From the NCBI GenBank assembly GCA_048886685.1, contig JBHLKM010000006.1, positions 128,001 through 192,000 of the forward strand: 64,000 bases of DNA, given 5' to 3'. The position numbers were made by a program, and so were the translations under genes. This DNA comes from Candidatus Hodarchaeota archaeon. GTDB taxonomy: Archaea; Asgardarchaeota; Lokiarchaeia; Sigyniarchaeales; SOKP01. The notes beneath the pieces are model-generated. The model ran no database searches. It was not told the origin of the DNA and worked only from the letters and a program-made list of their open reading frames with translations. Below are positions 20,161 through 30,533 of the stretch, one piece after another. Position 1 is the first letter of the stretch, and the number at the start of each line of letters is the position of its first letter.

Positions 20161-20251
20161 AAATTTCAGCCAATTTATACTTAATTTTTTCTAACAAAAT
20201 AAAAATAAAAAAAAAGGGAAGTCATTAAGTTTTAATAATTTATTTTATACT

Positions 20252-20713
20252 TTATGCTCCGCCGCGAAATATTTTATCTCCAAATTTCTCGAATATAAAT
20301 GCTATAATACATATAATTCCTGCTATTAAGACTCCAATTGGCGCAAAACCTACTGTTAAACCCTCTGCATCATAGACCAGCATTAAAATTGGGAAAATAA
20401 TCAAGGCAATCCCCACTAATACATAGACTAACCAATCCCATTTAAATTCCATTCCTCTCCAACTGTGAAGCCCATAAAACAATAATAACGCCGTAGAAAA
20501 TGCAGTTATCCCAAAAGTCCACAAGGTGGCAGTACCACCCCCCATCCAATCATCAAATCCGCCACCACTGACATATGAAATTATTCCACTCCACCAATTC
20601 TGGGTAGTAATACCCGCTACCTCATCACTGCTTACAGGAGTGAAGAGTGCAATAATAGCTAAGATTGCAGCAATTAAAATATAAATCCAGGTATCCTTTT
20701 TAAAATCTACCAA
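20252..20713 (-). CDS. Hypothetical four-TM membrane protein
   Basis: Four hydrophobic helices, with a Gly/Trp-rich loop after TM1. Confidence 0.7.
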   Translation of the reverse strand: MVDFKKDTWIYILIAAILAIIALFTPVSSDEVAGITTQNWWSGIISYVSGGGFDDWMGGGTATLWTFGITAFSTALLLFYGLHSWRGMEFKWDWLVYVLVGIALIIFPILMLVYDAEGLTVGFAPIGVLIAGIICIIAFIFEKFGDKIFRGGA

Positions 20714-21172
20714 AATTTTTTCAACTCTATTTTTTTTTTAATTAATATTTTATTAACTAAAAATCACTTTTTTGAAAAATTTCGTATTAATTTCTCTTTC
20801 TTCCCAAAATATATAAATCTTATTAAATTTCGTTCTCTTCTAATTTTAACTGTAAAATATATTAAAAGCAGAGTACTTCACGACAAAAAAACATTATTGT
20901 TATATTAACAGCTTAAAATAGTTGTAAATAGCTTTATCTAAGGTGTCATTATTTTAAGAAAAATTGTAAATTCTTTGAGTGCTATACACTTGTTTATAAG
21001 ATTATTAAATATTTAATAAAGAACGAATAATATTAATGAGTAATTTCACTAAATTCGATTATAATAATATTATTAGTAACTCAAAAGGGAATATGAGAAT
21101 TAGTATTTCACGTAATTTTTAATTTAAATATAAATTAATAAAAATAATATTATTCATCAAAATGAGTTAAAA

Positions 21173-22471
21173 ATGGTAAAAGACATCGAAAAACAACTGT
21201 TAAAAGCTGAGAAACTCTATAAAGCTATGCAGTATAAAAGAGCAGCAAAACTATATGATTCTGTAGGGGATTCTTATATAACTCAAGGGAATTTTGAACT
21301 TGCTAGGGATTGTTATTTTGATGCCGCAAAAAGTTGCATGAATGAAGATAAATACTTAAGTGGGATAGATTTCTTAAGAAAAGCTGGAAATGCATCACTA
21401 CTCAATAACCAGGTTTTAGAAGCTAATCAATTTTTTGAAGAAGCCGTAAAGTATATACCCAATTTAAGAAGTACCTCAGACCGAAATCATAACTTCATTT
21501 TATTCTCATGTTTATCATACCTATGTCATTTTGTTAAAGGAGAACAAGAGGAAGGTCTAAAATTAGTCAAGAAAATAAAATCTTATGTTGATGATACCTA
21601 TTTTAAAGAAAATTCATTAATTCGTCTTATAACAAATTTAACTATTGTAAAAACAGAGAAGAATAAGAAATATATTGAAAGAATCAAAAAGGATTTTACA
21701 AATTTAAAATTTCGTGAGGCTGAAATACTTCTTGTAAAACAAGCATTAGTAATAGCAAAAACTTATACCTCATTAGCTATTGATTTAAGTTTTGATAAAG
21801 ATGTTTACACTACAAATGAACCAATTAATTTATCATTAGATATCAATACCGAACCTCTGTTAGAAATTTCAAAAGAAGATTTCTACAATTATAACTTGAA
21901 GGAATTAAAAATATCTAAAATTGGAATTACATTGTCTGATAATCTAACCTCTCAGAGAAATCCTGAACTGCCAATTGTGATAGAAATAGGGCAAAAGCGA
22001 CAAATTAACCTTGTGATAAAACCACATTTTCAAATGGAAAATCCTTTTGTTGGGCCGATTTTAGTAACTGCCGAATTAAATGAGAGTCTAAATTTTATAT
22101 ATGAAATTACTCAAATCTTAAAGCCAAATCTAATATCTCCTCCTCCTACACTTGAGATTTCTTTAAAAAATTTAAGACCTCCCCTTATTGATCAATCATT
22201 TCCCCTTGAAATCTTAATTGAAAATAAAAGTGAGGGAGACGCTCTTAATCTTAATATAGACGTCGAATTTCCGGAAGAAATTAAAGTAATGAGGGGTACA
22301 TTAAAGAAGCAGATATATTCACTAAGGTCCAACGAAAATATAAAATGGGAGATAAATCTTAAACCCACTGAAGCAGGAGAATATATAATTAAAGTATTAA
22401 GTAAGTTTAATGATCCTGATCAGAATCTTATTGAAGATATTAAAGAATTCCCATTGTCTATAAAAATGTAG
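21173..22471 (+). CDS. TPR/alpha-SNAP-like helical N-terminus plus C-terminal Ig-like beta-sandwich domains
   Basis: Repeating A..Y/F..AA helices in the N-terminus; C-terminal IENKSEGDALNLNI...KPTEAGEYII pattern typical of CARDB/BatD-like Ig folds; no signal peptide. Confidence 0.6.
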   Translation: MVKDIEKQLLKAEKLYKAMQYKRAAKLYDSVGDSYITQGNFELARDCYFDAAKSCMNEDKYLSGIDFLRKAGNASLLNNQVLEANQFFEEAVKYIPNLRSTSDRNHNFILFSCLSYLCHFVKGEQEEGLKLVKKIKSYVDDTYFKENSLIRLITNLTIVKTEKNKKYIERIKKDFTNLKFREAEILLVKQALVIAKTYTSLAIDLSFDKDVYTTNEPINLSLDINTEPLLEISKEDFYNYNLKELKISKIGITLSDNLTSQRNPELPIVIEIGQKRQINLVIKPHFQMENPFVGPILVTAELNESLNFIYEITQILKPNLISPPPTLEISLKNLRPPLIDQSFPLEILIENKSEGDALNLNIDVEFPEEIKVMRGTLKKQIYSLRSNENIKWEINLKPTEAGEYIIKVLSKFNDPDQNLIEDIKEFPLSIKM

Positions 22472-22488
22472 AGAAGAATTTTAAGATG

Positions 22489-23628
22489 TTATATTAATAT
22501 AGGTTCCCTATGATTATATGTGACTTTTTCACACTTATCTTTCCCGATTATTATATCATCTTCTAATCTTACTCCCCATTTCCCTTTCCAATATAATCCC
22601 GGTTCATTTGTATATACCATATTTTCTGCAAGTTTTAATTCATCAGACATTTTCCAGGTAACTCTAGGACCAATATCATGGGCTACAAAACCTAAAGAAT
22701 GGCCAAAACCATGAAAGAATAATTCTTCATGATTATAACCTTTTTCTGCCAGATACTTACGACATTTTCTAGCAGGCAGATTAACTGGAGTATTATCAAC
22801 TAAATATTCATTTGCAATTTCTTTCGATTCATAAAGAGCATTATAAGCTTTAAGGAAATCTTCAGACGGTTTTTTGCCAACCCAAAGAGTCCAGGTTATA
22901 TCAGAACACATCTGATCAATTTTCAAGCCAGAATCTATTAATAACACCCCTTCCTCAATTTTTTTCTCTGAAGTATTATGGTGTGGATCAGCTGAATGAA
23001 CTCCAGTAGCTACAATTGAAGGAAATGAGGGGTTTCCTAATTTCATATATCTATACTCTAATTCAGCTTTAACTTCATTTTCACTCATTCCTTTTTTGAT
23101 TAAATCTGGGAGATTTTCTAGTATCTCTAGAGTTGCTTTACATACATTACGAAGATCCTTTAACTCTTTTTGAGATTTTACACATCTTAATCCATATATT
23201 ATTGGTGCTGCTGAGAAAAATTCTGTTTCCGGAGCTATTTCTTTAACAGAAAAATAATCACCTGCTCTCATAAAATCAGCAAAACGAGTTCCTTTTTCAT
23301 CAAGAATATTTTCTCCATAATTTAATGCGATTCGAGGTTTATTGATAATAGATCTTAATTTAGGTATTAATTCGTTTATTGATTTGAATGATTCTACACT
23401 TGCTTTAATATTCATATGTTCTAATGAGCGTTTAATCATCGGTGCTTCCATTTCAACAGCAAGAACTTTATGATCTCCATTTCTGGCAATAAGTATATAA
23501 TGCCGAGAAGGAGCATTCACACCTAACATAAAATGAGAATTCTCATCATTGTGTTCATCGCAAATTATTAACCATCCATCACCATCTATTTCACTCAATA
23601 TAATTTGTGCTCTTTCAAATTTATTCAT
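22489..23628 (-). CDS. Xaa-Pro peptidase (M24 family)
   Basis: ADPHH, IDSG, SDITWT, HGFGHSLG..AHD, TNEPGLY, GVRLEDD. Confidence 0.93.
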   Translation of the reverse strand: MNKFERAQIILSEIDGDGWLIICDEHNDENSHFMLGVNAPSRHYILIARNGDHKVLAVEMEAPMIKRSLEHMNIKASVESFKSINELIPKLRSIINKPRIALNYGENILDEKGTRFADFMRAGDYFSVKEIAPETEFFSAAPIIYGLRCVKSQKELKDLRNVCKATLEILENLPDLIKKGMSENEVKAELEYRYMKLGNPSFPSIVATGVHSADPHHNTSEKKIEEGVLLIDSGLKIDQMCSDITWTLWVGKKPSEDFLKAYNALYESKEIANEYLVDNTPVNLPARKCRKYLAEKGYNHEELFFHGFGHSLGFVAHDIGPRVTWKMSDELKLAENMVYTNEPGLYWKGKWGVRLEDDIIIGKDKCEKVTYNHREPILI

Positions 23629-23832
23629 AAGTAAACACTAAATATCATTTTTTTAATTTTATCAAAATGTTATTTGACTTATTTCATTTTTGATTTTTTA
23701 TATAGAAATCAAATCTATCTCTTTTAGAATCAACTTAATTTATCTTCTTTTTCTAAATTTTAAGTGTTAGTAATAAAATTATTAATCACTATTTTCTTAT
23801 ATCTGTATATATTATAAAAATTGGTTGAAATT

Positions 23833-25371
23833 ATGAAGCTTAAAGTAAAAGAAATAAATTTCGAAACAGGGAATACCAAAGATGTTGTATTGAATGTTAA
23901 TGATGCAATAGAATTAGGGCAAAAAGCAGGAGAGCGTATATTTATCAAAAATTTACATTCTAAAACAATAGAAGATAAATTTTGGACAGCTATTATTCAA
24001 ATTGACTATTCAAGTACAATAGTAAACTCTGGTGAAATTGGTATTTTTTTAGACATTTTACGTGAAAAAAAGGCTTTGAAAGATGGTATTGTGATTTCGG
24101 TGAAACCTGCTGATCCTCCCGAATCATTCAAATTTATCCAAAAAAAGATTAAAGGAATTAAGCTAAAAAGTGAAGAAATCAATGCTATTATCTCTGATGC
24201 CGTTTCAGGATCATTATCTCGAATTGATCTTGCTGCATTCATTACAGGAGTTTCTATTAACGGAATGGATAAAGAAGAGATGACCGCATTAACCTTAGCA
24301 GAAACGAAGAGTGGAGAAATCTTTTATTTTGGAATGGATGTATATGATAAGCATAGTACCGGGGGTGTTCCAGGGAATAAAGTCTCGCTTATCATTGTTC
24401 CAATTGTAGCTGCAGTAGGCCTAACTATACCAAAATCTTCAACGAGAGCAATAACTTCCCCTTCAGGGACAGCAGATTCAATGGAAGTATTAGCACCAGT
24501 TGCTTTTAATCCTAAAGAACTTAATGAAATCGTGTCCAAGGAAAATGCATGCATAATTTGGGGTGGAGCACTTGAAACGGCTCCAGCAGATAATGTGTTA
24601 ATCGAAATTGAACGACCTTTACATATGGATCCAGTTGGTCTAATGATTCCTTCTATACTCACTAAAAAACTTTCATTAGGTGTTAAAAAACTTGTTTTAG
24701 ATATACCCGTTGGGGAAGGCACTAAATTTCCAACACCAAATAATGGAAAACAATTTGCTTATCTGTTTAAAGAAATTGCTGGTAACGTAGGAATTGAAGC
24801 AGAATGCGCATTAACATTAGCTCATCAACCAATTGGTCACGCTGTAGGACCAGCAATAGAAGCCAGAGAAGCCTTAAACTTACTAATGGATTATTCTGCT
24901 GGACCGAATTCTCTAATTGAAAAATCTACAGATTTGGCTGGAATTATTCTTGAAATGAGTGGAAAAGCTCAGAAAGGCATGGGTCAAAGTTTAGCAAAAG
25001 ATATTCTTCGTTCTGGCAAAGCTTATGAGAAAATGAAAAAGATTATTGAAGCCCAAGGTGGTAATCCTGATATAACTTCTGATGATATTGAACTTGGACC
25101 ATATATGAATGAATTTTTTGCAGTAAAAGAAGGATATATTGTCGAAGTAAATAACTCGATAATAAATCAAATAGCAAAAACTGCTGGGTGCCCTAGTTCG
25201 AAGAGTTCTGGCGTAGAAATTATAAAGAAACAAGGAGCAAAGGTACAAGAGGGAGACATAGTTTTCAGAATTTATTCTCATAGCCAATCTAAACTACGAA
25301 AAGCAGAAAAAATTTATAACGCTACTGGTGGTCCCATTCGCCTTGGAGGAATGATGATCGAACGTATTTAA
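23833..25371 (+). CDS. deoA: AMP phosphorylase (archaeal thymidine-phosphorylase family)
   Basis: DKHSTGGVPGNK, PKSSTRAITSPSGTADSMEVL, APADN, LDIPVG, QPIGHAVGP, with the N-terminal extension typical of AMP phosphorylase; ATG 23833 chosen over TTG 23821. Confidence 0.9.
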   Translation: MKLKVKEINFETGNTKDVVLNVNDAIELGQKAGERIFIKNLHSKTIEDKFWTAIIQIDYSSTIVNSGEIGIFLDILREKKALKDGIVISVKPADPPESFKFIQKKIKGIKLKSEEINAIISDAVSGSLSRIDLAAFITGVSINGMDKEEMTALTLAETKSGEIFYFGMDVYDKHSTGGVPGNKVSLIIVPIVAAVGLTIPKSSTRAITSPSGTADSMEVLAPVAFNPKELNEIVSKENACIIWGGALETAPADNVLIEIERPLHMDPVGLMIPSILTKKLSLGVKKLVLDIPVGEGTKFPTPNNGKQFAYLFKEIAGNVGIEAECALTLAHQPIGHAVGPAIEAREALNLLMDYSAGPNSLIEKSTDLAGIILEMSGKAQKGMGQSLAKDILRSGKAYEKMKKIIEAQGGNPDITSDDIELGPYMNEFFAVKEGYIVEVNNSIINQIAKTAGCPSSKSSGVEIIKKQGAKVQEGDIVFRIYSHSQSKLRKAEKIYNATGGPIRLGGMMIERI

Positions 25372-25431
25372 ATTTTCACCAATATCTCAGCAAAAGTTTA
25401 TTTAGAAATTTAATTATTCTAAAATAATTAT

Positions 25432-26922
25432 ATGCCCTTAACACCAAAAGCTATTTATGAAGATTTAGTAAATAAGGACCTAGATAAGCCATTTGCTATA
25501 GAACTATTGCTAACTCTCATAGATAATGCAGAAAATATTGAAACGCGTATAGAGAGCATTAATACATTGAATACAATTCAAGTTGATGATGAGAAGACCT
25601 TTAAATTCTTAGAACATCTATTAATTTCTGATCTCAATGAAGATATTAGGAATTTAACAATTATAGTTCTTAAGAATCACTATTTAGATAGAGCCCTTGA
25701 TCCTATGGTATGGGCTCTCGAACATGAAAGATCATTAAAATGTAAGATTTCAATCATAAAAACTATCGGCGAGATTAATACTGATGAAGCCAAATCTGTT
25801 TTAATTAAAAAAATAAAGAAACTATATAATAAAGAAAATTACTTTGTTTTAAAACATCGATTTACAAAAGATTCCATAGAAAATATCCCAAATATAGAGC
25901 TTGCGGAAATTTTAATAAATTATTATGTTATTTTATTCTTAAAAAATACTTTTGGATATATTAAATATAAGAATAATGAATTTGGTTCGATTAATGAATT
26001 AGATTTATCCAATGTTGAAAGATATAGTTCTGGTTTAAATAAATTAGAAAATTTTCTTGAATCAATCTTTTCTTTAAGAGATCTTAAAAAATGTGATTTA
26101 CGATTTAATCATCTAACGAATATTCCTGAAATTTTCAATGATTCAATTGAGTATTTAGATTTAAGTTATAACAAAATAGTAAAGTTACCTGATCTCCAAA
26201 ATTTTAAAATGCTCAAAAGTTTGAATTTGAAATCAAATAGGTTAAGAAATCTTCCTGAATCTATAGGGTCACTCACATCACTCGAATATTTAAATCTGAG
26301 AAATAATATGATATCATCTCTTCCTAAATCATTAAGTTATCTTTCTTCACTGAAAATATTAGATTTACACGGAAATAAATTAAATTCAATATCGGTAAAT
26401 TTAAATAAATCGATATTGGAATTAGAAATAGGTTGGAATTATTTTGATACAATTCCAAAAGGTATAAAACTTCTACCATCTCTGGAAAGACTAGGGTTTG
26501 GTGGTAATAAATTAATTAATTTACCGAATTGGATTAGGCTCTATCATTCACTTAAACAATTAGAACTATATGATAATAAACTAATTAAAATTCCAGAATC
26601 AATAGGCTCACTTAAATCTTTAGAACGGTTAAATTTGAGAAATAATCAATTAAATACCCTTCCCCGCTCATTAATCAACCTACAATCTCTTAAGCTCTTA
26701 AACCTAAGTTGGAATAATTTTGCTATTCTTCCTGAATGGATTGGATCCCTATCTTCATTAGAAGAGTTAAACTTATGGGGGAATCAACTTGAGAGTGTTC
26801 CTAAATCTATTGCTTCTTTATCGTCATTAAAATTAATAGATTTGAATTTCAATAAAATTGAGGAAATTCCTTCATTCTTAAAGGAATTAGAACAAGAAAA
26901 AGGGCTTATCATAAAAATTTAA
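25432..26922 (+). CDS. HEAT-like N-terminal domain plus leucine-rich repeat protein
   Basis: Many LxxLxLxxNxLxxLPxxIxxL repeats; N-terminus shared with the genes at 29159 and 38333. Confidence 0.9.
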   Translation: MPLTPKAIYEDLVNKDLDKPFAIELLLTLIDNAENIETRIESINTLNTIQVDDEKTFKFLEHLLISDLNEDIRNLTIIVLKNHYLDRALDPMVWALEHERSLKCKISIIKTIGEINTDEAKSVLIKKIKKLYNKENYFVLKHRFTKDSIENIPNIELAEILINYYVILFLKNTFGYIKYKNNEFGSINELDLSNVERYSSGLNKLENFLESIFSLRDLKKCDLRFNHLTNIPEIFNDSIEYLDLSYNKIVKLPDLQNFKMLKSLNLKSNRLRNLPESIGSLTSLEYLNLRNNMISSLPKSLSYLSSLKILDLHGNKLNSISVNLNKSILELEIGWNYFDTIPKGIKLLPSLERLGFGGNKLINLPNWIRLYHSLKQLELYDNKLIKIPESIGSLKSLERLNLRNNQLNTLPRSLINLQSLKLLNLSWNNFAILPEWIGSLSSLEELNLWGNQLESVPKSIASLSSLKLIDLNFNKIEEIPSFLKELEQEKGLIIKI

Positions 26923-26948
26923 TCAAAATAGTTCAGGCTTGAAATATA

Positions 26949-27197
26949 ATGACCGAAAAAAGCATCATTAAAATAAAAGTTAATGAAGAAAATTGCACTG
27001 GATGCATTATCTGTAAAATGTGGTGTTCTTACACTTATCATAACATTTTTAATCCCTCAAAAGCAAATTTAGAAATTGAAGAAAGGTATGGATTAACTCC
27101 GAAAATTGTCTTTCTAGAGACCTGTCATCATTGTGGGCAATGTGTCCAATATTGTCTTTATGGGGCATTAGAATTAAAGGAGAATATTGAACAATGA
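26949..27197 (+). CDS. 4Fe-4S ferredoxin (AOR-associated)
   Basis: CTGCIICKMWC and CHHCGQCVQYC; ATGA overlap with the AOR gene. Confidence 0.9.
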   Translation: MTEKSIIKIKVNEENCTGCIICKMWCSYTYHNIFNPSKANLEIEERYGLTPKIVFLETCHHCGQCVQYCLYGALELKENIEQ

Positions 27198-29101
27198 AAT
27201 GGAATGGATACACTGGGAATATTTTACATGTGAATTTACGTGAGAAAAAGACTAAAATTACAAATCAAAATATTGATGACATCAAAAAGTTCATAGGTGG
27301 GTTTGGAGTAAATGTTAAACTCGCAGCGGAATTAATTAAACCTAATATCTCTCCATTTAGTTCTAAAAATTATATCATAATAGGAGCAGGACCATTAGTT
27401 GGTACAATTACCCCGGGTTCCTCTCGAACTGTAGGAGTAAGTAAATTTCCAGCCAGTGGAGCAATTGGTTATTCATGTGGGAGTATGAGCTTTGGATCCC
27501 AGTTGAAAAATGCCGGATTTGATCATATTATTATCTCAAGCAAAGCAGAAAAGCCATCTTATTTATTGATTCAAAATAATCACGTTGAACTCAAAAATGG
27601 GTATAAAATTTGGGGAACAGATATTGTAGATTCCACAAACTTTTTGCAAAAAAAGTACAAAGATTGTAGCGTAATTGCAATAGGACAAGCTGGGGAAAAC
27701 CTTGTATATAATTCTTTAGCACTTATTGATAAAACTTCAACATTTGGACGTGGAGGACTAGGAGCAGTTATGGGATCTAAAAACCTTAAAGCAATTGTAG
27801 TACAAGGAACACAAGATATTTCAATTGCATATCCTAATGAATTCAATAATTTATATTTTAAACTATTTGAAAGGATTCGAACCTATCCCCTGAGAGAATC
27901 TTGGATTGATTTTGGAATGCTAAGAAGTTTACCCGTTGGGGCGCTTTTAAAAGTTAAAGGTCAAAAAGAAAAAGCTCACCAATGTAGTGAATCAGAATAT
28001 TTAAAAAAGTTGAAAAAACGTCGAATAGCTTGCCCCTCTTGCCCTATGGCGGATAAAGATATTCTTGAGCTTAAAGATGGATGTTATTCCGGATTAATAA
28101 ATTATACTTCTTCAGTAATAAATCCTTTCCTCATCTTTACACTTGAAGGGTTAAACAATGTTAATGAAAATATAAAATTTTTTGACCTTATTAATCGGTA
28201 TGGACTGGATGCATTAAATATTAAAGGTCTATTTGAATTTTTAGATAGAATGTATAAAATAAAGATTTTATCAGAACAAAATACTGGGTTAGATTGGAAA
28301 AATGAAATTAATAGTATGATTAGGCTAATTGAAATGATTGTTTTTCGGAAGGGATTTGGTAATATTCTGGCAGATGGCTGGGAAAAATTGGGTGAAAGCT
28401 ATGAAAATCTTATAGATAGAATGACTATAGTAAAAGGGTTAGATATAGTATTTGAACCTCGACTATTAAGGTTAGGAACGATGGAATTTGAACAAGTTGT
28501 TAACCCTAAAGGGGCACACGTTGCTTCTGGAGGGTCGCCTACATATGTAGGTGTTGGAACATCTACTGAAAAATTTAAAAACCACTTTGATCGAATGGGA
28601 ATTCCTAAAGAAGCGATTAAAAGAATATTTTCACCCTCAAAAAAAGAAATGATAATAAATATTGGTAGAATAACAAAATATTCAGAGGACTGGTATGCCC
28701 TATTGAGTTCTTTAGGTTTATGTGCAAGGGCTCAAATGAATCGTTTTTGGAGTCTCGAATCTGCTACCAATTTTTATAATGTAATAACAGGAATAAACCT
28801 GAAATCTGAAGAAATAAGGAAAGCTGCTGAACGTTCATGGAATTTACTTAAAATTTTAAACACTAGAGAAGGTTTCTCTCGAAATGATGATAAATTTCCT
28901 GAAGAATGGTTTAAACCTTTAAAATATGGAAAAAACTATTTCCCATTCAAGGATTTCTTTGGAGAAATAACAATTACCCAAGAAATTGCTAACCAATTGC
29001 TCGATGATTATTATGAAGAGCGGGGTTGGAATATATTTGACGGAAATCTAACTGAAGAAAAGATAAAAGAACTAGATTTAGAAGTCTATATAAATAATTG
29101 A
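27194..29101 (+). CDS. Aldehyde:ferredoxin oxidoreductase family (tungsten) protein
   Basis: GYTGNILHVNL, AIGQAGEN, GRGGLGAVMGSKNLKAI, YGLDA, SLGLC, YYEERGW. Confidence 0.9.
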   Translation: MKWNGYTGNILHVNLREKKTKITNQNIDDIKKFIGGFGVNVKLAAELIKPNISPFSSKNYIIIGAGPLVGTITPGSSRTVGVSKFPASGAIGYSCGSMSFGSQLKNAGFDHIIISSKAEKPSYLLIQNNHVELKNGYKIWGTDIVDSTNFLQKKYKDCSVIAIGQAGENLVYNSLALIDKTSTFGRGGLGAVMGSKNLKAIVVQGTQDISIAYPNEFNNLYFKLFERIRTYPLRESWIDFGMLRSLPVGALLKVKGQKEKAHQCSESEYLKKLKKRRIACPSCPMADKDILELKDGCYSGLINYTSSVINPFLIFTLEGLNNVNENIKFFDLINRYGLDALNIKGLFEFLDRMYKIKILSEQNTGLDWKNEINSMIRLIEMIVFRKGFGNILADGWEKLGESYENLIDRMTIVKGLDIVFEPRLLRLGTMEFEQVVNPKGAHVASGGSPTYVGVGTSTEKFKNHFDRMGIPKEAIKRIFSPSKKEMIINIGRITKYSEDWYALLSSLGLCARAQMNRFWSLESATNFYNVITGINLKSEEIRKAAERSWNLLKILNTREGFSRNDDKFPEEWFKPLKYGKNYFPFKDFFGEITITQEIANQLLDDYYEERGWNIFDGNLTEEKIKELDLEVYINN

Positions 29102-29158
29102 AGCGTCAACAAAATAAAATAAGTAATTTAAAAAGTTAAAATCTATTTTGTAAAACTA

Positions 29159-30517
29159 ATGGAATTAAAACCTGATAAAATCTATAAGGATTATTTAAAA
29201 AATAAATTAGATAAATCCTCTGCTACTAAATTATTATTTTCTTTAATTGAAAATAGTGAAAAAGAAAAAATTAGGGCTGATTGTATTAAAGAGCTGGGTC
29301 GTATTGAAGCGAAAGACAGTCAAACTTTTAAATTTTTAGAAAATTTACTTATTTCTGATTCTAGTGAAATAATTCGAAATTCTGCCGCGCTTGCTTTAAG
29401 AAATAACTTTTTTGATAAAATTTTAGAGCCAATGAAATGGGCTCTCATTCATGAGGAATCTTCTTTTTGTTTAAATACAATCTATTTAATATTAATTAAT
29501 ATTATTCAAAATTTAGCCTCTAATTCAAATGTATTAGCAAAATCAACCTTATTAACAGAAGTTAGAAAAATTAGAAGGAAAGAATTTAAATTGGGATTTG
29601 AAATTCTATGTGAAAAAAAGGGATTAGATACTTTTACTAATAATGATTTAAGTGAGATTTTGATCAATTATTTTACTATAATCTTTTTAGAAAAATCCTT
29701 TTGGAGATTAAAATTTAGAATCGAGAATTGTACAATTGTTGAATTAGATTTTATTTTTAAAGGTTTAACAAACATACCTAGTGCAATTAAATATCTGACT
29801 CACTTGAGAACATTAATTGTTAGATATAATCAATTAACCCAACTCCCTGATTGGTTAGGATCTCTTTCCACTCTTGAAGAATTAAATATTAATGTAAATA
29901 ATTTGAATAAATTAACAAGCTCAATTGGAATGTTGAGTTCACTTAGGAAATTATTATTATGGAAGAATGAACTCACATATCTTCCACCTACAATTGGAAA
30001 ATTATCCTCTTTAGAAATCCTGAATTTAAGGCTAAATCAATTAAAAATATTACCAGAAACTGTAGGAAAGCTATCCTCACTGAAAGAATTAAACCTACAT
30101 GATAATCAATTAACCTATCTCCCAGAGTCATTGAAAGGACTCATCTCGTTAGAAAAACTCAATATAAGTTGGAATAATATTAAATTATTACCAAACTCCA
30201 TAGGATATCTTCCTTCACTTAAATTCTTAGATATCGAAAGAAATGAATTAGCTTTTCTTCCGAAAAGTATTGGTTATCTATCATCTTTAGAGTTTTTGAA
30301 TTTAAGTGATAATAAATTAAGAAGGATCCCGGAGACTATTGGGAATCTATCTTCTCTTCAATATTTAAATTTATCAAGAAACGAGTTAGATTCCATTCCT
30401 GAATCAATAGGATCGCTTAAATCACTAAAAGAGCTATATTTAGGGGAAAATAATATTAATAAGATTCCTAAAAACCTAAAAAATTTAGAACATAGCAAAT
30501 TGAAAATTTATATTTAA
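29159..30517 (+). CDS. HEAT-like N-terminal domain plus leucine-rich repeat protein
   Basis: Regular 23-aa LRRs (LPETIGNLSSLQYLNLSRNEL); paralogue of 25432. Confidence 0.9.
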   Translation: MELKPDKIYKDYLKNKLDKSSATKLLFSLIENSEKEKIRADCIKELGRIEAKDSQTFKFLENLLISDSSEIIRNSAALALRNNFFDKILEPMKWALIHEESSFCLNTIYLILINIIQNLASNSNVLAKSTLLTEVRKIRRKEFKLGFEILCEKKGLDTFTNNDLSEILINYFTIIFLEKSFWRLKFRIENCTIVELDFIFKGLTNIPSAIKYLTHLRTLIVRYNQLTQLPDWLGSLSTLEELNINVNNLNKLTSSIGMLSSLRKLLLWKNELTYLPPTIGKLSSLEILNLRLNQLKILPETVGKLSSLKELNLHDNQLTYLPESLKGLISLEKLNISWNNIKLLPNSIGYLPSLKFLDIERNELAFLPKSIGYLSSLEFLNLSDNKLRRIPETIGNLSSLQYLNLSRNELDSIPESIGSLKSLKELYLGENNINKIPKNLKNLEHSKLKIYI

Positions 30518-30533
30518 ATAAGATTGCCTTTAA

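Noticed and set aside
20252-20713. Claudin/tetraspan homologue
   Set aside because: The four-TM layout fits, but the W-GLW-C-C signature and loop cysteines are absent.
20714-21172. ncRNA or hidden gene in the long intergenic gaps (also 46260-46732 and 63504-63845)
   Set aside because: Very AT-rich, with no GC-rich stems or credible ORFs; each lies between divergent genes, consistent with promoter regions.
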